DNA of 64,000 nucleotides from Podarcis cretensis (taxonomy: Eukaryota), in NCBI GenBank assembly GCA_951804945.1, contig OX638149.1, positions 100,254,001 through 100,318,000 on the forward strand, in the 5' to 3' direction. Position numbers and translations under genes: made by a program. Positions 25,501-38,080 of this stretch are shown here, one piece after another. Every line of letters starts with the position of its first letter. The first letter of the stretch is position 1. The notes beneath the pieces are model-generated. The model made no database searches. It was not told the origin of the DNA and saw only the letters and a program-made list of their open reading frames with translations.

Positions 25501-28500
25501 AATTTTCTCTCCTTTTTGCTTGTCACGACTTGCTAACACGGACATCTACAAAGGCTCAGGTTGGTGATGCAATCTGTATTGATATTTATTGTTTAGTTGA
25601 GGAGGGTCTCTCTGATGTTGTTCTTCACCACAAAGCACCCCTCGCTCACACAAACAATCTCCCCACCCATGACAGTAATCTCTTAGCTGAGAGTGTTGAC
25701 AGGGTTGTAGCCAAAACCAGGAGCAAGAGGGAAGGCTTCTCAGGGGAAGGAAACATTAATATATAGAGAGGGAGGACTGAGCATGCTCAGTAGCTGAATA
25801 ATGTTGAGTGTAAGTTGGAAAAGAAAATAAGGAAACTTGTAGGAGGGTACAGAATGAAGGGGTATGTGGTTGTCTGGCTGCCTGCCTGGCTGCCTCATAT
25901 CAGAAAGTGTGAATATAGTTATATATGTCCCAGTTGTCCCTCTTTAAATCCAAAAAAGTATTACTGCATAACTTAGAGATGTCCAAACTCTACCATCATC
26001 ACTATTTCCTTCACTTTCTGTTGCTGAACACATCCTTAAAGTTTAGCCAAATGTACAAAATCACAGAGTATAGCTTTATCTATCTCTCTTTAACTTTTTA
26101 TTTCCTTTTAAATTTGTCATGGTTGCCTTCCTTTATGATGGGGGTGGGTGAGGAAGCAGAAACGATAGTATCTAAAGATTCTTGAATCAGCAGGAAATGC
26201 ATAAATGTTCGACAGATTTCCCACTAATAAGTCTGCTTCTTAGATTAGGAATTGCAGCAGCACAGCAAAACACTTTGTTTTGGGTCTGAAACGTTGATGA
26301 GAATAGCATTCCCCTGTGTGCATTTCAAAGGCCCAAACCACTTTGGATGAAATATTTTTCCTGATAATAAAACTGAGGTACCTAGCTTTCTTTTTTAAAA
26401 TAAATAAATAAAAAGGTTTTAGAGAGTTGGTCATTTGTCATTTTAAAAGCATGTATAAAGTACACCACATTGCTGCCTTGAGATCTTCCATATAATCAAA
26501 GATTAATTCTTCTATATAGGGCAATCAGCCCGCACACAGGATGTGATCCTGTCTTCCACTCTGGAAGGTGCAGAATGCTTTGTGCCTTTCACTCAGCACC
26601 AAATAGCATGCAACCACTAGTTACAGTAAATCTCTAGTGCTATTTTTTGCCTTGGTTCCTGTTGGAAGTATTCGCAGTCGCATAATAGATACAAGAAATC
26701 ATTAGTGTTTTTAGATCTGTCAATATTTTAGAAAAAAAAACTATTCATATTCAGCCTCTGGAGTCAACTGATAAGTGCGGCTGAAGTCTGCAGTGTGGTC
26801 TCCAAGGGAATTTTTCAGGAAGATTCTGCTGTGTTGAAAGTGAAGCTCGGAACGGAGTGTGATGGAAAAGGTTGTGTCTCTTGCCTTCCGAGTAGGAAGA
26901 AAGGTGCCAGCAGCTATAACATTGTTGCTCAGTGGCAGCGAGAAGTGAGCTGCTTACTTTCTAGCACTTTAATGGGAGGCATATTTTCTCCCCACACGCA
27001 CACACTCATACCATTTACCCTTTGAAAACATTTAGCACTGCACCAGATTGGAGCAGCAGTGTGGTTTACAGGCTGGGAGCCTGTTGTTCACACAAAGCTT
27101 TAGGGTCTCATAACTCCTGCTGCTACTAATTAGAGACCTGGAGTTTATTGAAATGAACAATCACTCAGAGAATATTTTATCCCATATTTTCACATTTAAT
27201 TACACCAGCTCATTTTAAACTCTGTGGAAGGATGCCAGTGCTTTAACACATTGTAAGCAGATGATTAAAAAAAAAAAACCAACCATGAGAGTTACAAGAA
27301 ATAAAACTGTTTAGTATTATAAATATGAATGAATTGTAGTCACGAAGGTTTCACTTTGGAGTGGAATGGCGGGACTGAGAGAGAGCTCGTTTCAGTGTGT
27401 TTTGATGTTTTTAAGAAATCACTTTCTTTTTGTTGCACCTCCCAATTTGAACAGAGGTACCTATCTCTGAATATTTAACAGCCCGTTGGACCATATCTAG
27501 AGACAAGTCACTTAAGAGAATTTAGAAAATCAGATGAGCTGGAAGAGAAAACAAGAAAAGCAGAACTATAAGAGTTCATTTAATGTAATTATTTCTATAG
27601 CATCTTCAAGGCATCTTCAAGCCATTTTACAAAGGGAAATTGTGACTGTGACTTGCCCAAGGACACTTATCCCAAAAGAATAAGGAAGGAGCTCCAAGGG
27701 ACAGCAACTTCCTTGCATGCAGAAAGTCTCAGATTCAATTTCCAGTGTTTCTCATTTAAACCTATTGGCTCTGGGTTCTGGGAAGGACCTCCATCTGTCT
27801 CTGAGCTCAGAATTCACTGCCATAGTAAACGGTACTAGGCTAGATAGATGACTGGTAAGCAGCCTCATACAATAGGGTTCTTTAGTGTTTGGTCTCTGCC
27901 TTTGGACTTACAAGTTAGAATAAACTTCTCTTCTATAGCAATTTGTAAGGGTTTCTCCTACCTACCTAAATGTTTGATGATTCAGTTACAGAAACTTAAC
28001 AGACCTTATTAATACTTCTGAGTGCCTTTCTGTGTTTTGTACCTATTGAGCTGTGAAAAGAGATTTATTTTTTTTTAAAAAAAACCCCACACATTAATCA
28101 TGCATGTTTCCAGCTGCAAAAATGTTTTGTGGGGAAGATGAGTTTCCCCAGGATTGTGTGGTTTGGGGAACCATAAGTAGTCATGAGAAAGTTAGAAAAC
28201 ATCTAACCAATCCACCCCCACAAAAAAGCCCCTAAGAATTATTAATCTTTTGATTTTAGCATCTCTCGCCATCTAGTCAACGTTAGCCTGTCACCCGCTT
28301 AGAGAACATGAATGCATTATAGCCCTCATTGGTGGATATACATTATATCTCCTAAATTTGAAGTATCTAAATGCTTAAAGTTATCTAGGGCTCACCTGTG
28401 CTCTAGCCCATAATGTATGGAAGGGTAAACATGGGCATGATTCAAGTTGATTGGCAGCCTAATCCATTTTGAGGTGTAGGCAAATGTATGCATCATATAG

Positions 28501-29834
28501 TCTGGGTAGAGGGAGGGAATGAATCTTGGATCCCGGTGATCATGAGATACAGATAAACTTTATATGTCACTACCCCCCCCCCCCTTTATGCATAGGGAGG
28601 AGGGTTGGGAGATAGTTTGTGTGAATCTAACACTGAGCCCCTCTGTAATGTGTTGACTTTCTAGGCAGGAAAGTTATGGCTGGTCAGGCCCTCAGCTGGG
28701 GAATAAACAAGAGCAAAACACTTTGAAATTAAAGAAATGGTGAGATGTTCAGACAGGGAAATAAAGCAAAACTCTGTACAGAGAGCTGCAACTTTCTTTA
28801 AGACCTGAAAGTGTGTAGGACTTTGTGGCAATGTTTTGCAGAGAGCTTTATTCCCAGTTACTTGTGCTGACCTCTGTTATCTGTTCACACAATATGCTTG
28901 GAGCCAGCCCAGGTGAAACAGCCTTTGTAAATGCTTCACCCAGCACTTTCATAATGATAAACTGCCCAAAATGGGAGCTTTAGGAAACCAAAGATGTAAG
29001 TTTGATGAAACAGAGATGCTCTGAAATGAGGTACATTTTAATTTACAGTTGTGGTACATATTATAAAAAGATAGGTAGGTTTGTGAGTGGGAAAAGTGTC
29101 TGAGCATTGACTCCTTTGCTGTTAGCTTGGTGACTAATGCATTAGGCACAACAAATCCTTCCAAACAAGAATGCATAATGTGGACTGGTAACTTTACAAG
29201 GATAATAAGAGATGGGGAGAGTGAGTGGTCAGCTTAAAAACCATGTCATTTCTGACAAGGAGGGATGCTGTAGTTATCTGAGCTCAGCTTCATGAAAGTG
29301 CATGAAAAAGCCAAACCCTGTATTATATTGCAGGGGGGCTTTTCTAACTGTTGATTATACATTTGATAACTCACATGTAAACCAGATTGAGGTCAATGGA
29401 ATTTATTCCCAGTTAGGTATGCAGAGGATTGCAATCTAAGGATTTGCTCTGGATGTGATGCTTTGGTGAATTAAGCCCAAGACATTCTGCAAGAACAGAT
29501 GCTGAAAATAAATGAAAATACAATTAACAAGTTTTATTTGGATTAGTGTAAGCCTGGAGTGTATTAATAGGTTTGAAACTGAGTGGAAATTATTTGAAAT
29601 GTAAATGTATTGGGGTGCCTGGCAAAATTGGCAACCCTTTTTTACATTAATATAACACACTCACTTTTTGCATTCCTCTTTTGTATTTGTGTTTGGATTG
29701 CATGGTTTGCTTGTATTGATGTATATATAAAATCATATATATATATATGGCTTAATAATGCAGGATGTGTGCTAGTTAGGAAAGAAAGTTTTCTACATTG
29801 TCCATCTAGCTATTTAATAGGATAGGATCTAGGG

Positions 29835-29970
29835 CAGTGCTGGCAAAACTTGGTCCTCCAGCTGTTTTTGGACTACAACTCCCATCATTCATAGCTAGCA
29901 GGACCATTGGCCAGGGATGATGGGAACTATAGTCCCAAAACAGCTGTGGGGCCAAGTTTGGCCACCACTG
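29835..29970. mobile_element. Palindromic hAT (Charlie-like) MITE related to the 50456 copy
   Basis: CAGTG...CACTG ends, 8-bp TSD ATCTAGGG/ATCTATGG (7 of 8), shared GGACTACAACTCCCATCAT core. Confidence 0.85.
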
Positions 29971-31360
29971 ATCTATGGGAAAGTAGCACCCTCAAAGGCT
30001 TGGCAACTAACTTGTACAGGATCACTGGCTAAGTCTTTACAGAAGTGGCCTTGCAGTCATGAGTCTGGATTTCATTTTTATAGTTTGCTTCCCCCCTCCT
30101 TGCTAAAGGGGGGCCAGCACCTGCCCAAGTCATGAAATATCAAAACAGCTGTCTCTATTAATTCTGTGCAGCCTGAGCTGTATGAGTTTGACTGTGAGAG
30201 CTGTGCTGACCCAAGTTCAGATTCTTTTAAAAAATCACCTGAGCTCCACATGGACCCTGGTGTAACAAAAGAAGAGAGACATTACAGAATCACTTCATGC
30301 TAACAGCTGCCTGATTGTGAACTCTGAACACTTGGGGAAAAGAGTAAAGTGGATATAACAAATCCTGCAAAGTGAAAACCTCAGTTGGAGAGTCTTGGTA
30401 GTAGCGTTTAATAGCTAAACTTTCTTGTCACCCGACCTAGTGCTTCAGTAAATCAAAGCGTGTCAGCCAGCTCTTCTAAAGAACTTGATTATTTAGCACT
30501 GGCTGTATTTTATAGTGGGGTTTCCCTTTAGTCTCTATATTTCTTTTCTCCTGGTACTTTAACACATATGGCCACAATCATCTTAGAAGGAATGGTCAAG
30601 TATTAAATTCATCCCCATTTTGAAAGGAATGGTCTAAAAGCTTTCTTCAGTGTTCCATTGCTAACCATCTGATTCAGTCATCGGTTACTTCTAATATAAT
30701 AAGAAGATATTGACTTTTCTTGAGGGGGATATCAAGATTTACTGACTTGGAGACTGAGGTATTTGCTGAGGGGAAATTGGAGTCAATATTTTACTCAAGG
30801 GACAATAAGTCCTGATGGTCACTGGTATATCGAGCCATTGTGTGATTTTCAGAAGTGCTGAGCAACACCAATTCCAACTGATGAGAGCTGAAAGCATCTA
30901 ATACTTGGAATGCTGGGATGGTGCCTGGGTAAAATAACTTAGATTCAAGGAAGAAACAGGTCAGAGGATCACAGACTCCTTACTCAGCTTCAATCAGAAA
31001 GCTTACTGATAACCAACCCGTTAAGTGGCAGAAACTTTTCAAGTAGCTTTAGTGTTAATTGTGTAAGCATATGCACATATAAATTTATAGATGATTGAAA
31101 TGGCCACCATAGAACAGAGTAGCAAAGGTCCATACAAACCTCACAATGTTAACTTACAGATGGCAATAGGAGAAATTCAGTTTGGTTTGCATTTAAAGCC
31201 AAATATATCAAATCCACACTTTCTGAAACAATATGAGAACCCAAACCAGCCATTCTTCAGCATTCACACTTATCTGAATTTTGTGATGCGGCTGTCCAAC
31301 CAAACGATGCTTACGAAGACACATATATCAGAGGAAAGTGCGCATAAAAATGAATATATT

Positions 31361-31495
31361 CATAAAATCATAAAACTGTACAGTTGAAAGGTACCATGAG
31401 GGTCATCTAGTCCAACCCTCTGCTATGCTGGAATCTTTTCTTGAACCCATGACCCTGAGATTAAGAGTATCATGCTCTACCAACTGAGCTATCCC
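31361..31495 (-). mobile_element. tRNA-Lys-derived SINE copy, apparently nested in an older AT-rich repeat
   Basis: GAACCCATGACCCTGAGATTAAGAG...CATGCTCTACCAACTGAGCTATCCC head and GGTCATCTAGTCCAACCC tail. Confidence 0.82.
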
Positions 31496-32444
31496 AGATC
31501 ATGAAAATAAAGTACATAATGCATTGTATCAGGATAAAATGCTTGTAAAAATGTCCACATTAGTCAAAACTACATTAAAAAATGGGTTTTATTGGGAGAA
31601 ATTTGCACCAAAGTGTTCAAGAATTTTCATTTTTTTTTTTAATTGCAAATTCTTGCAGAAACGTCAAGAACTGAATTTAAGGTTGGAAAAATGAGAAAGC
31701 TGGAGAATTGAAATTGGCCAATCCTTTCATTTCTGGATGGCAAATACGTGTGTGCACTGACATAAAAACAAAGATGCAAATCTTTAGAGTTGGTTTGCAT
31801 GGGGTTGGGGGTCCTGCTAGCTTTCAGGTATCAGTTTAAACCCCAACCTCCATCTTAAAGAGCATTACCAGAAGGCTCTTAAAGTTTGCAGCTAATACTC
31901 ATCTGCTCCAACTAGCCTTAATTAGTCATAAGCACCAACTATTCTGAGCATGATCTTTCTAATGCGGAAATCCTCAAAAACCTCTCAGCTCACACAGCTG
32001 AGTAGGTTCCCCCCTATGCATACTTATCTAGTACTTTGAGATTCAGTAATTTTTGAACTTCCCTGTAATTCCCATATTCACCCATCTCAATCAGAACATG
32101 ATGATTCTTAATCAGAATGATACTTATATGCAGGTGCAAGTAACCATATGAAGACACCATTGTGCAAATTGTATTTAAGTTAGGAACTTCTTACGTTCTG
32201 CAATGGTTGATCCCCTAGTTAAAACATTCCATCTTCTCCAGAACACAGATATGAAAATTGATACTGAGCTGAAATTTCCTGGTGGGTTCTAGCCTTATTT
32301 AGGGCCCTTCCAGAACGGTGCTTTATTTGGCAACATGTTTTTGACACATCGCTGGTGGATATTTTCTGCATTAATTTGCTCTGCAATGCTCCTCCAATGC
32401 TACCACTGTGTTGCTGTCTAGAGGGCTTATAGCACAACTAAAGC

Positions 32445-32803
32445 TTCCGGAGGCGGCGCGAACGGCAATGGCTGCCCTCTTCTAATCGGGAGAGGGAAGC
32501 TCCGCTGAGACGGGTCGTCCGCTGCAGCGAAGCGGAGACCCATTTTGGAAAACCACAGGTGGCAGAAGCCTGTGGTCTTGGGACCCGGCGGGCGCCAGGA
32601 GCAGTCCCCAAAACGTTGAGGGAACCCCGTAAGGGGCTCCGGATCGCGGAGGGGGTTGCGGCGCTGTGGGTCGTTCCGCAGTCAACGGAGCGAAGCCGCG
32701 TTGCTGCTGCCGGTGAGCGCTGACCTTTCTTCCTAAACTTCTGATTTGGAAAGCAACAATCCGTGAGTAATAAGGATCTTACAAAACTTTGAGACCTAAA
32801 AAA
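32445..32803 (+). mobile_element. CpG-rich retroposed insertion with 17-bp TSD; probable L1 5'UTR-derived or unclassified non-autonomous retroelement
   Basis: Perfect direct repeat TATAGCACAACTAAAGC at 32428-32444 and 32804-32820. A6 sits before the 3' copy. About 30 CpGs in a CpG-poor background. The family call is inference. Confidence 0.75.
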
Positions 32804-34788
32804 TATAGCACAACTAAAGCCAAGCAAAACTAAATCAGGACATTAGTAGTAGTATAAGTTGTGGGCTTTCAACAGGCCGTTATAGCAGATGCAAACAGTA
32901 AATAAAGCTGTGTGAAACAATATTGAATCTGAGATTACATATGACTGCCCCAATAGCTTCATTAGCATGAATCATCATGAATGTGCAGTGAAAAAGGACA
33001 TCTGGAGGGGCCCTTCCTTGAGGTCCTGTTCTTTACAAAATCTCTATTATTCCTGTGGTGTGTGCTGATTTCACGGTGTGATAGCTGTGTCTCAAGCGCT
33101 GCATTTAGTTGCACCATTGAGCAAACATTTTCTTGTGTGAACCAGTTTTGGCAGCCATTAAGGGTATGTTGCAACTAACAACTGTAGCTTTCAAAGCATA
33201 CCCATGAACATTGTAAATACCTTTGAACATTGATCTGTTGCTTGCTCTACTAATTTCCTCACACAGAGGTTTTAATCAGGATTCAGCAAAAGTGTCAAAG
33301 AGCGTTTGATTTTACCATTCTATTTCTGTTTCACATTGACATTTTGTTCTGTACAAGCTGCTAAGTTATTCTTCTGTCATCATCATCTTCTTAACATAAT
33401 GCTACCACTTGATAGTGAGTAGTAAGAACTATATAGCTGAACAGATGAATAACAGTGTAACAGTTTAGGGTGGAAGGAACATATTTTGACTGCAGTATTT
33501 GCCATTCTGCATTGTTCTGTCTTAGAATTCGCTTTGTTCGGGCTACCTTCCAGTGCTACTATGCCAAGCCTGAAAATCAGAGCCCTTTACTTTGTCAGTC
33601 AGAAAGCTATTCCATCCACATGCAGGTTTATTTGTTTTCAGGTAGATATAGCTGGTTGAACCTCCAGCTATATTGCATTATGTTATGTGAGGCCATGGTG
33701 TGGGGGGAAGATTTTCCCTCGAAACAAATAGCCGACATTCCTAAATCCTTTGAGGGTCTGGCATTATCCATGCTGACTGATACGTGCTAAACAGTGTCCA
33801 TGGTTGCAGGCAAAAGCAGTCCAGTGCTTTTGGATCCTGCTTGTGGTGGCAGGGGTGAAGATGGGAGAAGGAACTTGAAGAATGATGACTGTCATTGATT
33901 TCTTATCAGATGATGCAAAATTACAGACAGATCTTCAAACTGCATCTCATAATCAGTGTTTTATAGCTTAGAGATGTAAATTGCTCAATTGACTTCAATT
34001 GATAATGTTCCTAAGTAGTGCCCTTATAAGGCACTTGAGAGGTAGTGGTGAATTTTCATTTTGGGGGGTGTCCTTCCTTATTTCTGCACTGTTTAGCACT
34101 GTAATTTCCTTTAGCTGGGAGCTAAAAATATAAATATGTGTGTGAGAGACCTGGGACCTTTTTAACTTTGGAAACTTTGGTTTCCCAGACCAAAGTGTCC
34201 TCATATCTTAGTCTGAAACAGCTGCTTGCTCAATAAAATGGGGTGAAAGAGTGGGTAGAGATCACAGTGGTAATAAGTAGGCATTGAAACTGCAGAAGGA
34301 AAATTTGTGAGCGTGTGTGTGAGAGAAGGTGGGTGAGTGGGTGAGAATGAATAAGAGAGAACAAATAAGTTGCCTGGTCGTTCTGGAGTTACTGAATTGA
34401 AGAAGAGCCCCATGAAGGCAGCTGCTCTAGTGCAGGTGAGAGTTCAGCAGGACATGAACTCTGTTTTAGATTACACAGAGAAAGAAATAGGCAGTGTGGT
34501 GTAGTAGCCAGAGAGCTGGACTAGGACCTTAACGGCGATGGTAGAAGAACCTGAGAAGGAAAACAAAAAAAGGTGACTTAGAAAAGCAAAGAATGTCAGC
34601 AAGAGATGCACCTGAGCTTGCTGACTCTAAGACAGGCAGCAGAGAAATCAGCATTTACAACAACAAGCAGCTGTAACACCTTAAACCGGGGGGGAAACTG
34701 AACTGTGATGGGAATTAACTTCAGTCACTGAAAATACTTAACAGGGATAATGTGAACCTTTCCATCCAGAAAGAGATTTAGTTCTTTC

Positions 34789-34924
34789 CAGTGCTATTTT
34801 TCTAGAAAAAGAGGTGCCAGAACTCACCATGAATGCCTCCCTTGTTCTCTTAGAATGGCAATGGCGCCCACCAGAGAGGTGCCTGAACTGAGTTCCACTG
34901 AGTTCCGGCTGAACAAAAGCCCTG
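34789..34924. mobile_element. Short non-autonomous hAT element
   Basis: Perfect 8-bp TSD GTTCTTTC at 34781-88 and 34925-32. Imperfect TIR CAGTGCTATTTT / AAAAGCCCTG. Internal repeats GAGGTGCCxGAACT. Confidence 0.82.
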
Positions 34925-36139
34925 GTTCTTTCCCATGATACAGACAGATATCTAAGGAGAAAGATGCTTTTGTCAGTGCAGTGCTTAGCTGATAAAACCT
35001 TTCCATATTTTGTGTCTGATCTGTATCTCCTTTTCTCACCTTGGCAACAGAAGAAGAAACAAACAGGAATGATCTGTGGTTGTGTAAAAATACGTTTCCA
35101 GGCAGTCGGAAAGACACCACACTCTACTAATGTAAATGTACTTCCAGCCCAAGGGATTATCATCTAGGTCTTAGTATTAATGATGTGCTGTAAAAGTACT
35201 GACTGGGTTATAAATGAAATATGTACAAATCGAGCAGTCTAGCGGTGCGTCTGCTTGGCCATATTTGATAGGTTACCTAATGGACACCTAGCCTCTGCAA
35301 CTCACCGGAGCCTGCGTTCTTCACTTCCCACTCGTCAGATTTAGTGCTAAAGCACTGAGCTATGAGCACGGGAAACTGCAATGCAGATGTGTCCCCAGAG
35401 GATCGGAATGAGTATGAACTCTGGGATCTGGCCCAGTTTATAAAAATACTACTTAACTGAATTTTGATCTGGCTGCTTCTGTACGTCTCATAACTTGCTT
35501 CCACTGAATATATCTTGTAGGTTTCTTATGTAAAAATCTTAGCACTGCAGACACTAAAATAGCACTAAAAATGCTCAATTGAAAGTCAGGGCATTAAAAA
35601 AAATATGTGTTAACTTGGTGCCTAAAACTTAACAGAAAGCATGCCAGGTGAGCAGCCCTGGAAAAAGCACTCCATAATTGGATACCATTTATCCAGCCAT
35701 CAGCTGCCTGACCTCGGACGATAAGCAATATCATAATGACTTCAGTGGCAGGCGCTGATGATGCTCAGTATGTTACCTTCAGTGACGCTGATGATGCTCA
35801 GTATGTTACGCTTTTGCCACCTGCTCCAAAAAGTCTCCAGAAGGTTTCTAGAACGATTTGGCCATTGGCTCAATAGTTGCAAGTTTTGGGGGCATATCTT
35901 GGGGGGGGGGCCTGTGTGTTCTGAGAGAATGCAGTATGCAATTATTGCTTCAAGGATGCTTAACATCTTCGTAGTGTTTTTTTATTGGTGTTCAAAGTGC
36001 TTCACATACAGTATCTCAGTAATCCTTTCAAAATCCTTGTTATGGTTGCAGTGTTGTAGATTTGAGGATGACAAATGGTGTCTTACCTAAGTCTATGTGG
36101 TGCTCCCCATTGTTATATTTGATTGATCAGGGCCTGATT

Positions 36140-36215
36140 TATTATTATTTATTATTTATTAAATTTCTATATCACCCTTCATCTGAGGACCACAGGGTGG
36201 ATTACAATATAAAAT
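36140..36215 (-). mobile_element. Short LINE (L2-like) 3'-end fragment; copies at ~11430-11500 and ~61050-61112
   Basis: The three loci share (TTA)n TTAAATTT.TATA.CACCCTTCA.CTGA.GA.CACAGGG...TTACAA. Confidence 0.55.
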
Positions 36216-36248
36216 CACAGAAATACATAACACAGTAACAAACAATTG

Positions 36249-36287
<39 letters not shown>

Positions 36288-36297
36288 TGTGTGTGTG
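36249..36297. repeat. Compound (CA)n(GA)n(GT)n microsatellite
   Basis: Seen directly. Confidence 0.95.
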
Positions 36298-37129
36298 TTT
36301 TACTCCTTTGGTGTTCTCCTATAAGCCACAGTGATAAGGATCAGGATACCGTCTGGAAGGCCAAAGAAGACTGCTTCTAACTTTGTATGGAAATAAGCCT
36401 TCTTTCTTGGCAAACCTGGATTTTCAACCCCACATTTGCCCCACAACAGTTGGATGGGGGCGGGTGGGCGGTGTTAGTGGGGAGGAAGACTTGAATGAGT
36501 AAATCAGCAAGTGGGAAGAAGGAACACCTAACACCATGTTTCCCTTGAAATATTTAGAACTAAATAATTTAGAGTAAGGAAAATCAGCATGTTCACAAGC
36601 TCGAATAATTTTGACTCCATAGCTCTAACTGTTAAAGGACAATTGGCCACTTTGCATTTATTCTCCTTCATTTCAGTTTTATTTGTACAATAAAACTCTG
36701 AATCTCACATTATTAGTTAATTCTTCTTTTCTCCCTCTCCAATTCTATCTTCCAGATGCCATCTCATTTTAAATTTCACCCGATTCTTTCCATCTAAATC
36801 TTATTTCCCTGTATGCACTGTGGAAAATACTGAGTTCAGAAGCAAGATCACTTTTAGATGACCCATTTAATGCACTCCAGCGAGCATGTTTTAACCTGTG
36901 GAAACCAATGTGTGTGTGATTCACTCCCCCTCCCAACACAGATACCCTTAGCATAGAAGAGCACCATTACATGAAATACTTTGGTGCATTGTTTTCTCCA
37001 GGAGCTTCCTTTCGTAATAAAAAGCCAGTTGCAGTTGAAAAAATGCCCCCCCCTTTTTTTCATCTTGGAGAGAAAAACAGATTTGGAAGGAGGGTTTCTG
37101 AGCAAACAACTACCAAGAAATTATTCAGG

Positions 37130-37134
<5 letters not shown>

Positions 37135-37162
<28 letters not shown>
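37135..37162. repeat. (AC)n microsatellite
   Basis: Seen directly. Confidence 0.95.
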
Positions 37163-37501
37163 CATCCTCCCACTTTGCTACTCAATCAAAAAACAACATT
37201 TGTTTTTTGTGATGAAAGAAATCTTTTGTGGAAAAACAATACCGTGTATTCTGTGACTTTGCCCTCACACATAGGGACAAGCATCTCTGCATCCCTTGCT
37301 CTCCTCAAGGAAGTATAAAAACTTCCAAATATTTTCTATTCTTTGTATATCGTATTGTTGTTTTATTGCTATGGCCGATGGCTGACGCAAATAAAGATTC
37401 ATTCATTCAAACACAGACAAGAATTGACTCAGAGGCACTCACTCCTATGACAGACAGCCAAAGGCTAACAGTCTTCCATTCTGCCATATCCTCCAAGTGT
37501 C

Positions 37502-37590
37502 CATAGAATTGTAGAGTTGGTACTCTAACCTACTGCAATACAGGAATTTTCCACCCAATGTGGGGCTTGAACCCACGGCCCAGAGAGTCT
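37502..37590 (-). mobile_element. Partial tRNA-Lys-derived SINE
   Basis: CATAGAATTGTAGAGTTGG tail and CCCAATGTGGGGCTTGAACCCACG T-arm segment. Confidence 0.7.
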
Positions 37591-37859
37591 AATGGTCCCT
37601 CTCCCAGATAATTCTCTGTAAAAGTGGGTGGATGCACCTTTTCTGGAAAACATATTGATAAATGTATGTGTGTGAACACTAAAGACCATGCCGTGCACAA
37701 TATCCCTTCTTGTCTATAGCAGTTGCTGAGATATACATCTCACCTCAAAAGAGCCATGCTGAAAGACCCAGCTTCAAAACCCAAAATCTCCAGGTAGGGC
37801 TGGGAAAGGTTCACTGCCTGAAACCCTAGGCCTAGAAAGTTGCTTTCAGCCAGTATAAA

Positions 37860-38080
37860 AACATAAGAAAGGCTCTGCTGAATCAGGCCAAAGACCCATC
37901 CACAGTATTCCAGCATCCTCTTCTCACAATGTTCAGCTGGGTGCTTAAGGAAAGCCCACAAGCAGGGCCTGAGTATTATATTACTCTCCTCATTTGTGAT
38001 TCCCATCAACTGGTATCCCAAGGCGTACTTTCTCCAACAGAGGAGGTAGAATGTAGCTGCCTTGACTAGTAGCTTTTGAT
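37860..38080 (-). mobile_element. Old CR1-type 3'UTR fragment; similar fragment at ~19722-19860
   Basis: ACATAAGAA...CTGCTGAATCAGGCCAAAGACCCATC...TCCAGCATCCT pattern, shared with 19722-19830. Confidence 0.55.

Noticed and set aside
32490-32512. GAGGGAAGCTC resembles the 5' part of vertebrate RNase P RNA, suggesting the insert is an RPPH1 retrocopy
   Set aside because: The conserved P4-forming segments (GGAAGGTCTGAG and CCAATTCAGAC-like) are not present. There is also no telomerase template or recognisable 7SL/7SK similarity. An Rfam scan would settle it.
32438-32827. 129-aa minus-strand ORF
   Set aside because: It has a non-ATG start and low-information Arg/Ala/Ser composition, a by-product of the GC-rich insert.
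33628-33650. Recursive splice site (ttgttttcAG|GTagat); similar AG|GT sites at ~2925 and ~48177
   Set aside because: The donors or pyrimidine tracts are weak and such matches are expected by chance. Saw-tooth RNA-seq evidence would be needed.
35740-35809. CRISPR-like repeat or C/D-box snoRNA (TGATGA)
   Set aside because: Only two units with a 9-bp gap in a vertebrate intron, with no properly placed D box or terminal stem.
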